From: an uncultured Rubrobacteraceae bacterium
Lineage (GTDB): Bacteria > Actinomycetota > Rubrobacteria > Rubrobacterales > Rubrobacteraceae
Length of the DNA: 61,481 bases
Assembly: GCA_902806075.1 (NCBI GenBank)
Contig: CADCVG010000086.1
Span: forward strand, 5,854 to 67,334
Reading direction: 5' to 3'
The stretch's first letter is position 1. Every line of letters begins with the position of its first letter. Positions 28,229-43,128 of this stretch are shown here, piece after piece. Below the pieces are notes generated by a model. That model worked only from the letters and a program-made list of their open reading frames with translations, did no database searches and was not told the origin of the DNA. A program made the position numbers and the translations under genes.

Positions 28229-29368
28229 ATGAGGGCCGTTTGCAACACAGATTTGTTCGGAAAGAAGCTTGCGTTGGTCTCACGGGGGGTATCGGCTCGT
28301 TCGACGATACAGCTTCTGGGGGGGATCCTGTTGGAGGCAACGTCTGGGGGTGCGGTGCGGCTCTCGGCGACAGACATGGAGATCTCCATCCAGAGCTCTT
28401 CGCCGGCGGAGGTAGAGGAAGAGGGACGGGTGGTGATACCGGCCCGCATCTTCAACGACGTGGTGCGCTCCCTGCCGAAAGGTGAGTTCACCCTTGTGCA
28501 TGACCGGTCCGAGGGCGTGGTAAGGCTCTCGGCGCGGGAGAACGAGTACCGTATCCGGGCTTACGCGGCCGAGGATTTTCCGCAGTTGCCGAAGTTCGAC
28601 GAGTCCGGGGCGTTCAAGATGAGCGGCGAGGCGCTGGTCGAGACCGTGGAGAAGGTCTCGCGGTCGTACTCGCGGGACGAGACACGGCCGGTACTGACAG
28701 GCATCTTGATCTCCTTCGAGGAGTCGCGGGTCAGGATGGTGACGACGGACTCGTACCGGTTGAGCATCAAGGAGACCGAGCTTGCGACGACGTTCGACGG
28801 CGCAAGGGAGGCGATCATCCCGGCCAGGGCGATGCAGGAGGTTGGACGCATCTTCTCCGGTTCGGACGAGGAGCAGGTCGAGGTCGCGCTCTCAGAGAAC
28901 CAGGCGCTCTTCAGGATCGGGGACGTCCTCTTCGGCACCCGTCTGATCGAGGGGAACTTCCCCGAGTACAAGCGCCTGTTACCCAACACGTTCCATCGCG
29001 AGATCTCCGTCCATCGCGAGGACCTCGTTGACTCCCTGCGCCGCGTAAACCTCTTCGCCCAGCGCCAGACGCCACCGGTGCCGGTGAGCCTGGCCTTCTC
29101 CGAGGGGGCAGTCGAGGTATCGGTGAGGAATGGCGAGGTGGGGGAGGCCCGCGAGAAGCTCCCCGCAAACAGCGAGGACGAGTTCCACATCTCCTTCAAC
29201 CCGAGCTACCTGCTCGACGGCGTCTCGGCGGTGGACTCGGAGAAGGTCCTCTTCAAGCTCAACGAGTCCCTGAAGCCGGGGCTCATCGTGCCGGAGAACG
29301 GCGACGACGGGGAGGAGTCGGACTTCCTGTACCTGATCATGCCGATGCGCGACCCGTCCCAGGGCTAG
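28229..29368 (+). CDS. dnaN: DNA polymerase III beta sliding clamp
   Basis: ATDMEISI, SRDETRPVLTG, TTDSYRL, RLIEGNFPEY, FNPSYLLD, YLIMPMR. Confidence 0.97.
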   Translation: MRAVCNTDLFGKKLALVSRGVSARSTIQLLGGILLEATSGGAVRLSATDMEISIQSSSPAEVEEEGRVVIPARIFNDVVRSLPKGEFTLVHDRSEGVVRLSARENEYRIRAYAAEDFPQLPKFDESGAFKMSGEALVETVEKVSRSYSRDETRPVLTGILISFEESRVRMVTTDSYRLSIKETELATTFDGAREAIIPARAMQEVGRIFSGSDEEQVEVALSENQALFRIGDVLFGTRLIEGNFPEYKRLLPNTFHREISVHREDLVDSLRRVNLFAQRQTPPVPVSLAFSEGAVEVSVRNGEVGEAREKLPANSEDEFHISFNPSYLLDGVSAVDSEKVLFKLNESLKPGLIVPENGDDGEESDFLYLIMPMRDPSQG

Positions 29369-29375
29369 TAGTTCT

Positions 29376-29569
29376 TTGGAGATCTCCCCCGGCATCACCC
29401 TCGGTCAAGCTTTGAAGGTCGCCGCGCTCGTCGGCACCGGCGGCGAGGCGAAGGTCGTCATCCAGTCCGGCGAGGTCCTGGTGAACGGCGAGGTCGAGAC
29501 CCGCCGCGGCCGCAGGCTGAGGGAGGGGGACGTGATCGAGGTGGGCGGCGAGAGGCTGGAGGTGCGCCC

Positions 29570-29573
<4 letters not shown>
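29376..29573 (+). CDS. yaaA: S4-domain RNA-binding protein (YaaA/YbcJ-like)
   Basis: ITLGQALK..GTGGEAK..IQSGEVLVNGEVETRRGRRL. Confidence 0.88.
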
Positions 29574-35330
<5,757 letters not shown>

Positions 35331-35338
<8 letters not shown>

Positions 35339-35753
35339 CGGTAGGACCTGCGACGGCGTGGTTGAGTGTACGGCGCTCGTCCTGGCGGAGAGTTGCGCCG
35401 AGCTTGACGGTCGGATCACCCTCTTCGGGATACTCGACGAGTTGAGGCCCAACGGGGCCGACGGTGGGTACTCCTTCGTGATCTACGCCAAGTTCGAGGG
35501 GTGCGAGCACGCCGACGGCGGCGAGCGGCGGGCACGCATCCTCATCACCGACGAAGAAGGCGAAGTCCTGGAAGAGTCGGCCGAGTACTCCGTGTGGCTG
35601 AGTGGTGAGGAGAGCCCGGCGACCATCTTGGCTGCCTTTGATCTTCCGGGGGACCTGGAGGTCGAGGAGACGCTGCTGTGGGTCGAAGCGGAGCTCGACG
35701 AAGAGACATTGGCGCAGACGGCGATACCCCTGCGCGAACGATACAACGTGTAA
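35331..35753 (+). CDS. hypothetical acidic beta-rich protein
   Basis: 140-aa ORF overlapping the gyrA stop by 8 nt, GGAGAGG RBS, followed by a hairpin. Confidence 0.65.
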
Positions 35754-35760
35754 ACGATAC

Positions 35761-35789
35761 AGAGAGGCCCGGAAATCCCGGGCCTCTCT
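35761..35789 (+). terminator. hairpin / probable terminator after the gyr operon
   Basis: AGAGAGGCCCGG-AAATC-CCGGGCCTCTCT 12-bp stem, weak U-tract. Confidence 0.6.
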
Positions 35790-35813
35790 CACTATGGTCA
35801 AGGAACTGATTCG

Positions 35814-37037
35814 ATGCCCGAAGATCTAGCAATATTTATCGACTGGGAGAATATCTACATCTCCACGGTCACGGAGTACGGTGCGAAGCCGAACGTCTCG
35901 GCGATCCTGGAGAAGTCCCGTGAGTACGGGCGCATCGTCTCCGCGACCGCCTACGCGGACTGGACCGACGGAGACTTCCGCCAGGCTCCGCCCACCCTGT
36001 ACTCGAACGGCATCTCGCCGCGCTACATCTCTGCCCGATACTTCCCCGGAGGCCGCTCGCAGAAGCGCCGAACGAACTCCATTGACGTGATGCTGGCGGT
36101 TGAGTGCGCGGACTTCCTGCACTACCATCCGCAGGTCGATACCTACGTGCTCGTGACCGGCGACGGGGACTTTATTCCGCTCGTGAGCCTGCTCCGCAGC
36201 CGGGGGAAGAATGTCGTGGTGATAGGGGTTTCGGAGGCGACCTCCTACCACCTCATAGAGTCTGCTGACCACTTTATCTCCTACGCCTCCCTCTTGGAAG
36301 AGGAGCGCGCCGCACGTGCCCGCGATCGGCAGCCGAAGAAGAAGACGTCCGACCCGTACAGGGAGCTGGTGAGCGCTGTCGAGGCTCTCAAGAAGGGCGG
36401 CAAGACGCGGGTTTTGGGGCAGGTCAAGCAGCAGATGATCGTGCAACTCGGTTCATTCGACGAGCGCAACGAGGGCTTCAAGAAGTTCAAGGACTTCGTG
36501 GTCGAGGCGGAGCGTCGCGGTCTGGTGAACACGGTGGACCAGGATCTGGAGCTCCAGGTCTACCTGCCGGACGAGGAGGTCCCCGAGGGCCCCGAGTCCG
36601 ACCTGGCCACCGAGGAGCCGAAGGAGCCAACCGCCGAAGTCCAGGCGAACGGTAGTGCGGACGGGCAGCCCCAGCGGGCCGAGGTGGAGGAGACCGAGGA
36701 GCCGGCCGAGCCGCGCGCGGAGCAGGGGGCGGAGCCGGGCTTCGATCTTCTGGAGGATCTCACGCCCTACGAGTTGAGGACCATCTGCAAGAGCGTGGCG
36801 GGGCTCGAGGAGCCGGCATCCTTCGTGGAGATCTTTGGGAGCATCCGGGATCTCGACGAGCGGGGGGAGTTGGAGCTGTCGCAGGATGAGATAAGGGAGG
36901 TCATAGGGGCGATGCTGGAGGCCGGATACCTCACGCCCACCCGCACCAGGCCCTACGAGAAGGCCAAAGCCGACATAACCTTCTACACTCTCGCCCGCGA
37001 CCGCCAGGAGGTCAAGGCCGCGCTCGCGGTCTCCTAA
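35814..37037 (+). CDS. NYN (LabA/DUF88) domain protein with OST-HTH/LOTUS domain
   Basis: AIFIDWENI, AYADW, NSIDVMLAVE, LVTGDGDFIPL, ADHFISY; LOTUS-like FDERNEGFKKFKDFV. Confidence 0.85.
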   Translation: MPEDLAIFIDWENIYISTVTEYGAKPNVSAILEKSREYGRIVSATAYADWTDGDFRQAPPTLYSNGISPRYISARYFPGGRSQKRRTNSIDVMLAVECADFLHYHPQVDTYVLVTGDGDFIPLVSLLRSRGKNVVVIGVSEATSYHLIESADHFISYASLLEEERAARARDRQPKKKTSDPYRELVSAVEALKKGGKTRVLGQVKQQMIVQLGSFDERNEGFKKFKDFVVEAERRGLVNTVDQDLELQVYLPDEEVPEGPESDLATEEPKEPTAEVQANGSADGQPQRAEVEETEEPAEPRAEQGAEPGFDLLEDLTPYELRTICKSVAGLEEPASFVEIFGSIRDLDERGELELSQDEIREVIGAMLEAGYLTPTRTRPYEKAKADITFYTLARDRQEVKAALAVS

Positions 37038-37324
37038 TCGGCCAGCTTGTAGACGGTTAGCGCGGCGCAGATGAGCGCCACGGCGACCTGGACTAGCGAG
37101 AGCCCTATAGTCTGGACGATCTGGATCGCGGAGACGCTGCGCAGCAGGAGTTGCAGGGTAATGATCCCGCCGAAGCCGGCGAGGAATACCAGTGTGGCCT
37201 TGGTCCTGTAGCTCTCTCCGCGCTCCTTGATCAGGGCCATCCCTATGAGGGCGGGCACGTAGAAGACGAGGATCAGGGGCACGAGGCGCAGAACCTCGAT
37301 CGTGAAGCCTAGCAGTGATTCCAT
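37034..37324 (-). CDS. small membrane protein (about 3 TM)
   Basis: 96-aa hydrophobic ORF with GAGG RBS. Confidence 0.65.
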   Translation of the reverse strand: MESLLGFTIEVLRLVPLILVFYVPALIGMALIKERGESYRTKATLVFLAGFGGIITLQLLLRSVSAIQIVQTIGLSLVQVAVALICAALTVYKLAD

Positions 37325-37429
37325 GGCCTCAGTCTACTACGTGCCGTGGACGGTCTCTCTGGACATGTATGCGTATGTACGCTAGTGTACTTGTACAATC
37401 TAATGAGAATATCGGAGGCTGCGGCAGTC

Positions 37430-37843
37430 ATGGGTATCAACCAGAGGATCTCGCTCAGGAAGTTCGTCGGTGACATCAGGCGCTGGGTCGACGAGGGCCG
37501 GAGCGATGAGTGGATAGCGAGCGCTTTGGGGACGAGCTCGTCGTCCGTGCAATCCTTCCGCTCGCGCAACGGCATCTACCGCAAGTCTCCGGGTGTGGAG
37601 ATCGAAGATCCTACAGAGTATGAGACTTACGAGGGAGTATTGGATATCGAAGGGGGGCCTGGGAACTCTCCGGGAGCGTGGTTCGACCCTTCCGTCTCTG
37701 ACGATCCGCGCTGGCAGAGTCGTTGGGGGTCGGTCGGCAGGGTCGAGGTGCGTGTGAGCCCCACCAGGATCTTGCTAGTCCCCCGCGGCGGACGCAACTC
37801 TGCGAACGGAAACGGGCGGGTTACCGGCCAGCCTGCGGTATAA
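37430..37843 (+). CDS. hypothetical protein with N-terminal HTH-like segment
   Basis: GRSDEWIASALGTSSSSVQSFRSRNGI resembles an HTH; ATG 37430 follows GGAGG. Confidence 0.6.
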   Translation: MGINQRISLRKFVGDIRRWVDEGRSDEWIASALGTSSSSVQSFRSRNGIYRKSPGVEIEDPTEYETYEGVLDIEGGPGNSPGAWFDPSVSDDPRWQSRWGSVGRVEVRVSPTRILLVPRGGRNSANGNGRVTGQPAV

Positions 37844-37852
37844 TTAGTACTC

Positions 37853-38286
37853 GGTTCGGGCCGTCCGACCCGTCGCTGCGTCCGGTTTGTCACCGGGCGT
37901 AGAGCAAAGTCCGGACTCGTAGAAGAGGCCGCTCGGGCCAAGAACCCGAGGGGCGGGGATAGCCCGGCGATAGCTGGGCGGCGCAAGCCCCCCGTCACGT
38001 CAAGTGCAACAGAGAGCAGACCAGCCGATGGCCGGAAGGACACGCCCCACTGGGGTATGTCCTCGGGCACAGGTGATGGGTGAAAGGGTGGGGTAAGAGC
38101 CCACCGGCGGTATCCCGCGAGGGACCGGCCAGGTAAACCACCGGTGCGAGCAAGCCAAATTGTCCTGGGGTCTTTGAGTAGGTCCCGGGCTGGTAGGCGC
38201 GGCTCTCCACAGGGGAGCCCGGGAGCAATCTCCCGGAGATGGATGGCGGGATAGAGCAGAATCCGGCTTACGGGACGGCCCGAGCC
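37853..38286 (+). ncRNA. rnpB: RNase P RNA, bacterial type A
   Basis: P1 GGTTCGGGCCGTCC/GGACGGCCCGAGCC; AAAGTCCGG...TCCGGCTTA P4; AGTGCAACAGAGAG, GGTGAAAGGGTGGGGTAAGAGCCCACC, GGTAAACC, GAGCAAG; TATAAT at 37839. Confidence 0.96.
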
Positions 38287-38447
38287 CTGGCGTGTTCGCC
38301 CTGACGTATTCGATACGCAACTTTTAGAACGGATTCACAGTAGGGGTCGGACCGATCCTCTATACTGCGACGAGCAGTCGCGTTCCCCTCCAACTCGCTT
38401 GGAGAGTGTAGAAAGGAAGTGGGGTATATGATGAGGAGAGGGCTACT

Positions 38448-39197
38448 ATGAGCGGGGGCACTCTGAGTTGGAGTTCCTTTACCGCGCGGTTCCCCTGGTG
38501 GGCCGGATCGGTGACGACGGTCGCTATTTTAGGGGCGTTTACCATCTACTCCATCTTTATCGTGTTCTTCCAGCCGGTGGGAGAGTACGGTGGATACTTG
38601 CTCTCTCCCATGTATTCGCCGCCCGTGCCCAGCCCCATAGACTGGCTCTCGCCGGCGATCTTCGTACTGTGGATACCTTTGGGATTCCGGCTTACGTGCT
38701 ACTACTACCGAAAGGCGTACTACAGGGCGTTCCTCTGGGATCCTCCGAATTGCTCCAGCAAGGCCCAGCAGCGGGAGCCCCGAAGCCCCGAGAATTACAG
38801 TGGCGAGAGGAACCTGTGGGTCTTCAACAACGTTCACCGATACTTCCTCTACGGGTCGATAATAGTGGTGGCGTTTCTCCTTTATGAAACGATTCGCGCG
38901 TTCTTCCCGGACGGGTTCGGGATCACCATCGGATCTCTCCTTTTCCTGCTAAACGTGGTCCTGCTCTCGGGTTACACCTTCGGATGCCACTCCATGCGGC
39001 ATCTCGCCGGGGGTAGGGTGGATTGCTACTCCTGCGTGAGGGGAGGCAACCTGCGCCGCAAGTCCTTTCAGTGGGTTAGCGTCCTAAATGGACGGCACAT
39101 GTTCTGGGCCTGGGTTAGCCTGTTCTCGGTGTGGGGGGCGGACGTATACGTGCGGCTGCTCATGGCGGGCGTCATAACTGACTTGAGGCTGGTGTAA
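38448..39197 (+). CDS. succinate dehydrogenase membrane anchor (Sdh1/SdhF-type)
   Basis: About 5 TM; PLGFRLTCYYYRKAYYRAF, NNVHRYFLY, YTFGCHSMRHLAGG, LNGRHMFWAW; first gene of the sdhAB operon. Confidence 0.8.
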   Translation: MSGGTLSWSSFTARFPWWAGSVTTVAILGAFTIYSIFIVFFQPVGEYGGYLLSPMYSPPVPSPIDWLSPAIFVLWIPLGFRLTCYYYRKAYYRAFLWDPPNCSSKAQQREPRSPENYSGERNLWVFNNVHRYFLYGSIIVVAFLLYETIRAFFPDGFGITIGSLLFLLNVVLLSGYTFGCHSMRHLAGGRVDCYSCVRGGNLRRKSFQWVSVLNGRHMFWAWVSLFSVWGADVYVRLLMAGVITDLRLV

Positions 39198-39198
39198 G

Positions 39199-40995
39199 GT
39201 GGAGAGTAACGGACAGACAAACGGTCACCGCGACCGGCACGAGGTACGCGAGCACGACATCCTGATCGTTGGTGCCGGTGGCGCGGGTCTGAGAGCGGCT
39301 ATTGCCGCAGCGGAGCGCGGACTCTCGGTCGGCGTAGTCACCAAGAGCTTGATTGGCAAGGCGCACACGGTTATGGCCGAGGGTGGGGTTGCGGCCTCTA
39401 TGGGGAACGTCGACGCTGATGACGGGTGGCAGACGCACTTCATGGACACCATGAAGAGCGGCAAGTTCCTCAACAACTGGCAGATGGTGGAGATCTTCGC
39501 CAAGGAGGCCCCAGAAAGGGTCTACGAACTTGAGCAGTGGGGTGCCCTCTTCAATCGAACGGAGGAAGGCAAGATCTCCCAGCGTCCCTTCGGCGGCCAC
39601 ACGTACCGCAGGCTCTGCCACGTCGGGGATAGGACGGGTCTGGAGATGATCCGGACGCTCCAGGAGAAGACGTTGGCGACCGATACGACTGTCTACATGG
39701 AGACCACGGTCACAAGGCTCTTCAAGAACGACGAGGGCCAGGTAGTGGGGGCTCTCGCGTACACCCGCGAGTCAGGTCGCTTTATCCACTTCAAGGCGAA
39801 GGCGGTCGTAATGGCGACCGGCGGGTGGGGGCGCAACTACAAGGTGACCTCCAACTCCTGGGAGGGGACGGGGGACGGAGCCGTGCTGGCCTACGACGTA
39901 GGAGCCGAGCTCGTGGACATGGAGATGGTGCAGTTCCATCCTACGGGGATGGTCTGGCCACCGGGGGTGCGCGGCCTGCTCGTCACCGAGGGCGTGCGCG
40001 GCGAGGGCGGCATCTTGCGGAACTCCGAGGGCGAGCGGTACATGGAGAACTACGACTCCGAGAAGATGGAGCTCTCGACGCGCGACGTGGTCGCGCGGGC
40101 CAACTATACCGAGGTTACCGAGGGACGGGGGAGCCCCCACGGCGGGGTCTACCTGGACATCACGCACCTCGGGTACAACGGCATCATGAAGAAGCTCCCC
40201 GTTATGTACGAGCAGTTCAAGAACCTCGCGGACATAGACATCTCGAAGGAGCCAATGGAGGTCTTTCCGACCATTCACTACGTCATGGGCGGGATCAAGG
40301 TGGATCCCGAGACCTGCGTGACGAACGTGCCCGGGCTCTTCGCTGCCGGCGAGTGCGCCGGAGGGTTGCACGGGGCCAACCGCCTCGGCGGTAACTCGCT
40401 CTCGGACCTACTGGTCTTCGGTCGGCGGGCGGGCGAGGGGGCCGCAGAGTACGCCAAGTCAAACGGCTACTCTACCGAGATCGATGACTCCCAGCTCGAG
40501 ACCGAGAAGCAGCGCGTCCTGGAGCCGCTGGAGAGGCAAGACGGCGAGAACCCGTACGAGCTCCAGCAGCAGGTCCAGGAGGCAATGATGGAGCATGCTA
40601 ACCTGATGCGCAATGAGGAGTCCTTGAAGGAAGGGCTTGAGAAGATCCTGGCGATCAAGGAGCGGGTGCCGAACGTGAAGGCTCACGGCTCGACGCTCTT
40701 CAACCCGGGCTGGCACGCCGCGCAAGACGTCCGGTACCTGACCCAGATCTCGGAGATCATCCTGCGCACGGCGCTGGAGCGTAAGGAGCGGCGCGGGGCG
40801 CAGTGGCACCTCGACTACGATGGACCGAGCGACGAGTTGGGTAAGATAAACTTCATCGTGAAGAAGGACGAGCAGGGAGAGATCGGCATCGAGAGGCGGG
40901 AGATACCGCCGATGGCGGAGCACCTGTCCAGGCTCTTCGACGAAGGAGACGACAAGCACGGTGGAGAGCAGCAGGGGAAAGAGAGTCAGTTCTAA
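39199..40995 (+). CDS. sdhA: succinate dehydrogenase/fumarate reductase flavoprotein
   Basis: GAGGAGLRAA, FAD-His AHTVMAEGG, QFHPTG, EGVRGEGG, HYVMGG, LHGANRLGGNSL. Confidence 0.96.
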   Translation: MESNGQTNGHRDRHEVREHDILIVGAGGAGLRAAIAAAERGLSVGVVTKSLIGKAHTVMAEGGVAASMGNVDADDGWQTHFMDTMKSGKFLNNWQMVEIFAKEAPERVYELEQWGALFNRTEEGKISQRPFGGHTYRRLCHVGDRTGLEMIRTLQEKTLATDTTVYMETTVTRLFKNDEGQVVGALAYTRESGRFIHFKAKAVVMATGGWGRNYKVTSNSWEGTGDGAVLAYDVGAELVDMEMVQFHPTGMVWPPGVRGLLVTEGVRGEGGILRNSEGERYMENYDSEKMELSTRDVVARANYTEVTEGRGSPHGGVYLDITHLGYNGIMKKLPVMYEQFKNLADIDISKEPMEVFPTIHYVMGGIKVDPETCVTNVPGLFAAGECAGGLHGANRLGGNSLSDLLVFGRRAGEGAAEYAKSNGYSTEIDDSQLETEKQRVLEPLERQDGENPYELQQQVQEAMMEHANLMRNEESLKEGLEKILAIKERVPNVKAHGSTLFNPGWHAAQDVRYLTQISEIILRTALERKERRGAQWHLDYDGPSDELGKINFIVKKDEQGEIGIERREIPPMAEHLSRLFDEGDDKHGGEQQGKESQF

Positions 40996-41043
40996 AGGCC
41001 ACGCGGCTGGCGTACACGGCCGGCTGTTTTGAGGAGAGCAAAG

Positions 41044-41910
41044 ATGAGCGAACAGGACGCACAGCAGAAGGATATGGCCTCCAAGGCTCACGCCGACGTA
41101 CATCAGGACGAGTCCGATGCCGCCCAGGGCACCACGAGGTTGAAGATCTTCCGGGGCGACGCCGAAGGTGGTAGCGAGGTCGAGTACGAGATACCCAACA
41201 TCGAGGGAATGGTCGTCCTCGACGCGGTGCTGTACATCCAGGCGCACCAGGCGGGGGATCTCGCAGTGCGCTGGAACTGCAAGGCGGCCCACTGCGGGTC
41301 GTGCAGCGCGGAGATCAACGGCAAGCCGAAGCTACTGTGCAAGACGCGCGTCGAGGAGTACGAGGGGCAGGAGATACGGGTGCATCCCATGCGGGCGTTC
41401 CCGGTGATAAAGGACCTCGTCTCGGACGTGAAGTGGAACTACGAGGTGGCGCGCTCGACGATACCGTTCCAGAGCGACGAGCAGGCGCCGTTCATCATGT
41501 ACGAAGAGGACGTCGAGAGGCTCTACGAGCCGAAGAAGTGTATAGAGTGCTTTATGTGCCAGGATGTCTGCCACGTCTTGCGCACCCACCACAAGCACCC
41601 CGAGTTCGCCGGTCCGCGCTTCTTCGTGCGGAACCAGTGGCTCGAGATGCACCCGAAGGATACCCAGAGCCGGCTGGAGTACCTCAAGGAGGGTCAGGGC
41701 GGCATAGGGTACTGCAACATAACCAAGTGTTGCACCGAGGTCTGTCCGGTGAACATCAAGATCACCGACAACTCCATCATCCCCTTGAAGGAGCGGGTCG
41801 CCGACGAGTACTACGACCCGGCCAAGTGGCTGATGCGAAAGATCCGGGGCCGCAGGAGCCCGAAGACCGGCGCCGTAGTCGGGAGGAACGGTAACAGGAA
41901 CGGAGGGTAA
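41044..41910 (+). CDS. sdhB: succinate dehydrogenase iron-sulfur subunit
   Basis: WNCKAAHCGSC, CIECFMCQDVC, CNITKCCTEVCP; ATG 41044 after GAGGAG. Confidence 0.95.
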   Translation: MSEQDAQQKDMASKAHADVHQDESDAAQGTTRLKIFRGDAEGGSEVEYEIPNIEGMVVLDAVLYIQAHQAGDLAVRWNCKAAHCGSCSAEINGKPKLLCKTRVEEYEGQEIRVHPMRAFPVIKDLVSDVKWNYEVARSTIPFQSDEQAPFIMYEEDVERLYEPKKCIECFMCQDVCHVLRTHHKHPEFAGPRFFVRNQWLEMHPKDTQSRLEYLKEGQGGIGYCNITKCCTEVCPVNIKITDNSIIPLKERVADEYYDPAKWLMRKIRGRRSPKTGAVVGRNGNRNGG

Positions 41911-41916
41911 GAAGAG

Positions 41917-41989
41917 AGCGGACGACGGGCTTCGAACCCGCGACCTCCAGCTTGGGAAGCTGGCGCTCTACCAACTGAGCTACGTCCGC
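41917..41989 (-). tRNA. tRNA-Gly (CCC)
   Basis: GCGGACG acceptor stem, TAGCTCAGTTGGTAGAGC D-arm, CCAGC-TTCCCAA-GCTGG anticodon arm, GGTTCGAAGCC T-arm; CCA not encoded. Confidence 0.96.
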
Positions 41990-42033
41990 ATGGATGATTA
42001 TTCTACCATGACGGGCGTAGCTCTTGTTCTGTC

Positions 42034-42537
42034 ATGAGCCCGCCAGAGTACGAGTTCTGCCCCCGATGCGGCGGACCGCTCGGGCTTCGCGCCGTCAAGG
42101 AAGGCGAGCCGGAGCGGCTGGTGTGCGAGGAGTGCGGCTTCGTCTTCTACCAGGGGCCGAAGCTGGTGGCGGCGGTAATCTTCGAGCTCGACGGCGGGAT
42201 CCTGCTGACCCAACGCGCCATAGAGCCGGGTTATGGCAAGTGGACCTTTCCAGGCGGATTCGTGGAACGCGGGGAGAGGGCCGAGGCCGCCGCCGAGCGC
42301 GAGGCGCGTGAAGAGGCGGGGATGGTGGTCGAGGCGGGCGAGATCGTAGGTCTATACTCCTACGAGGACCAGGTGCCTGTTATCGCGGTCTTCATGGGAC
42401 GGGTTACGGGTGGAGAGATGCAGCCTCTCGACGAGACGATGGCTGTGAAAATATTCCCCCATGACGACCTACCGTGGAGCGAGATGGCCTTCCCGAGCAC
42501 CAAAGAGGCGCTCGAGGATTACCTGCGCAAGTTCTAG
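42034..42537 (+). CDS. NUDIX hydrolase with N-terminal zinc ribbon
   Basis: FCPRCG...VCEECG; Nudix box PGGFVERGERAEAAAEREAREEAG. Confidence 0.9.
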   Translation: MSPPEYEFCPRCGGPLGLRAVKEGEPERLVCEECGFVFYQGPKLVAAVIFELDGGILLTQRAIEPGYGKWTFPGGFVERGERAEAAAEREAREEAGMVVEAGEIVGLYSYEDQVPVIAVFMGRVTGGEMQPLDETMAVKIFPHDDLPWSEMAFPSTKEALEDYLRKF

Positions 42538-43094
42538 TGTGCGTCGACGGAGAGCGTTCTCTCGACCGCTGCGACGATCTCAGCTTCGTCCGCCAGCCGC
42601 CCTACCCCGGGCTCCTCTTCGGAGGAGGCCATAACGCCTTCCCCAGGGCCGACGAAGGAGTGGCCCCAGCCTTCGAGGGTCTGGACGTTACGCGTTGTCG
42701 CCGGGTTGCGCCACATCTCCGGGTTCATGGCGGGGGCCCAGAGGACGCGTCTAGCGCCGGCGAGGACGGTGGCGGAGAGCAGGTCGTCGCCGAGGCCGAC
42801 GGCCACGCGGGCCATCGCATCGGCGGTTGCGGGGGCGACGAGGACGAGGTCGGCCCAACGCGCCAGAGAGACGTGTTCGACCCGGCCCGATTCCTCCCAC
42901 CAGGTCTTGTCGCTGTGGATGCGGCTACCGGTGGCGATAGACAGGGTCTCTTCGGGGATGAAGCGGAAGGCGGCTTCAGTGGCTATGGTTTTCACCTCGC
43001 AACCGGTCTCGCGGAGGCGCCGGATCACACCGGGTACCTTGTACGCGGCGATGCCGCCCGTCACCCCTACGAGTATCTTCTTACCGTCTTCCAC
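42534..43094 (-). CDS. coaC: HFCD flavoprotein, stand-alone phosphopantothenoylcysteine decarboxylase-like
   Basis: GVTGGIAAYK, EHVSLARWADLVLVAPATAD, PAMNPEMW, GVGRLA; GTG start at 43094; no CoaB domain. Confidence 0.8.
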   Translation of the reverse strand: MEDGKKILVGVTGGIAAYKVPGVIRRLRETGCEVKTIATEAAFRFIPEETLSIATGSRIHSDKTWWEESGRVEHVSLARWADLVLVAPATADAMARVAVGLGDDLLSATVLAGARRVLWAPAMNPEMWRNPATTRNVQTLEGWGHSFVGPGEGVMASSEEEPGVGRLADEAEIVAAVERTLSVDAH

Positions 43095-43128
43095 AAATCG
43101 AGAGTATATACCGCTAAGATAAGTACCT

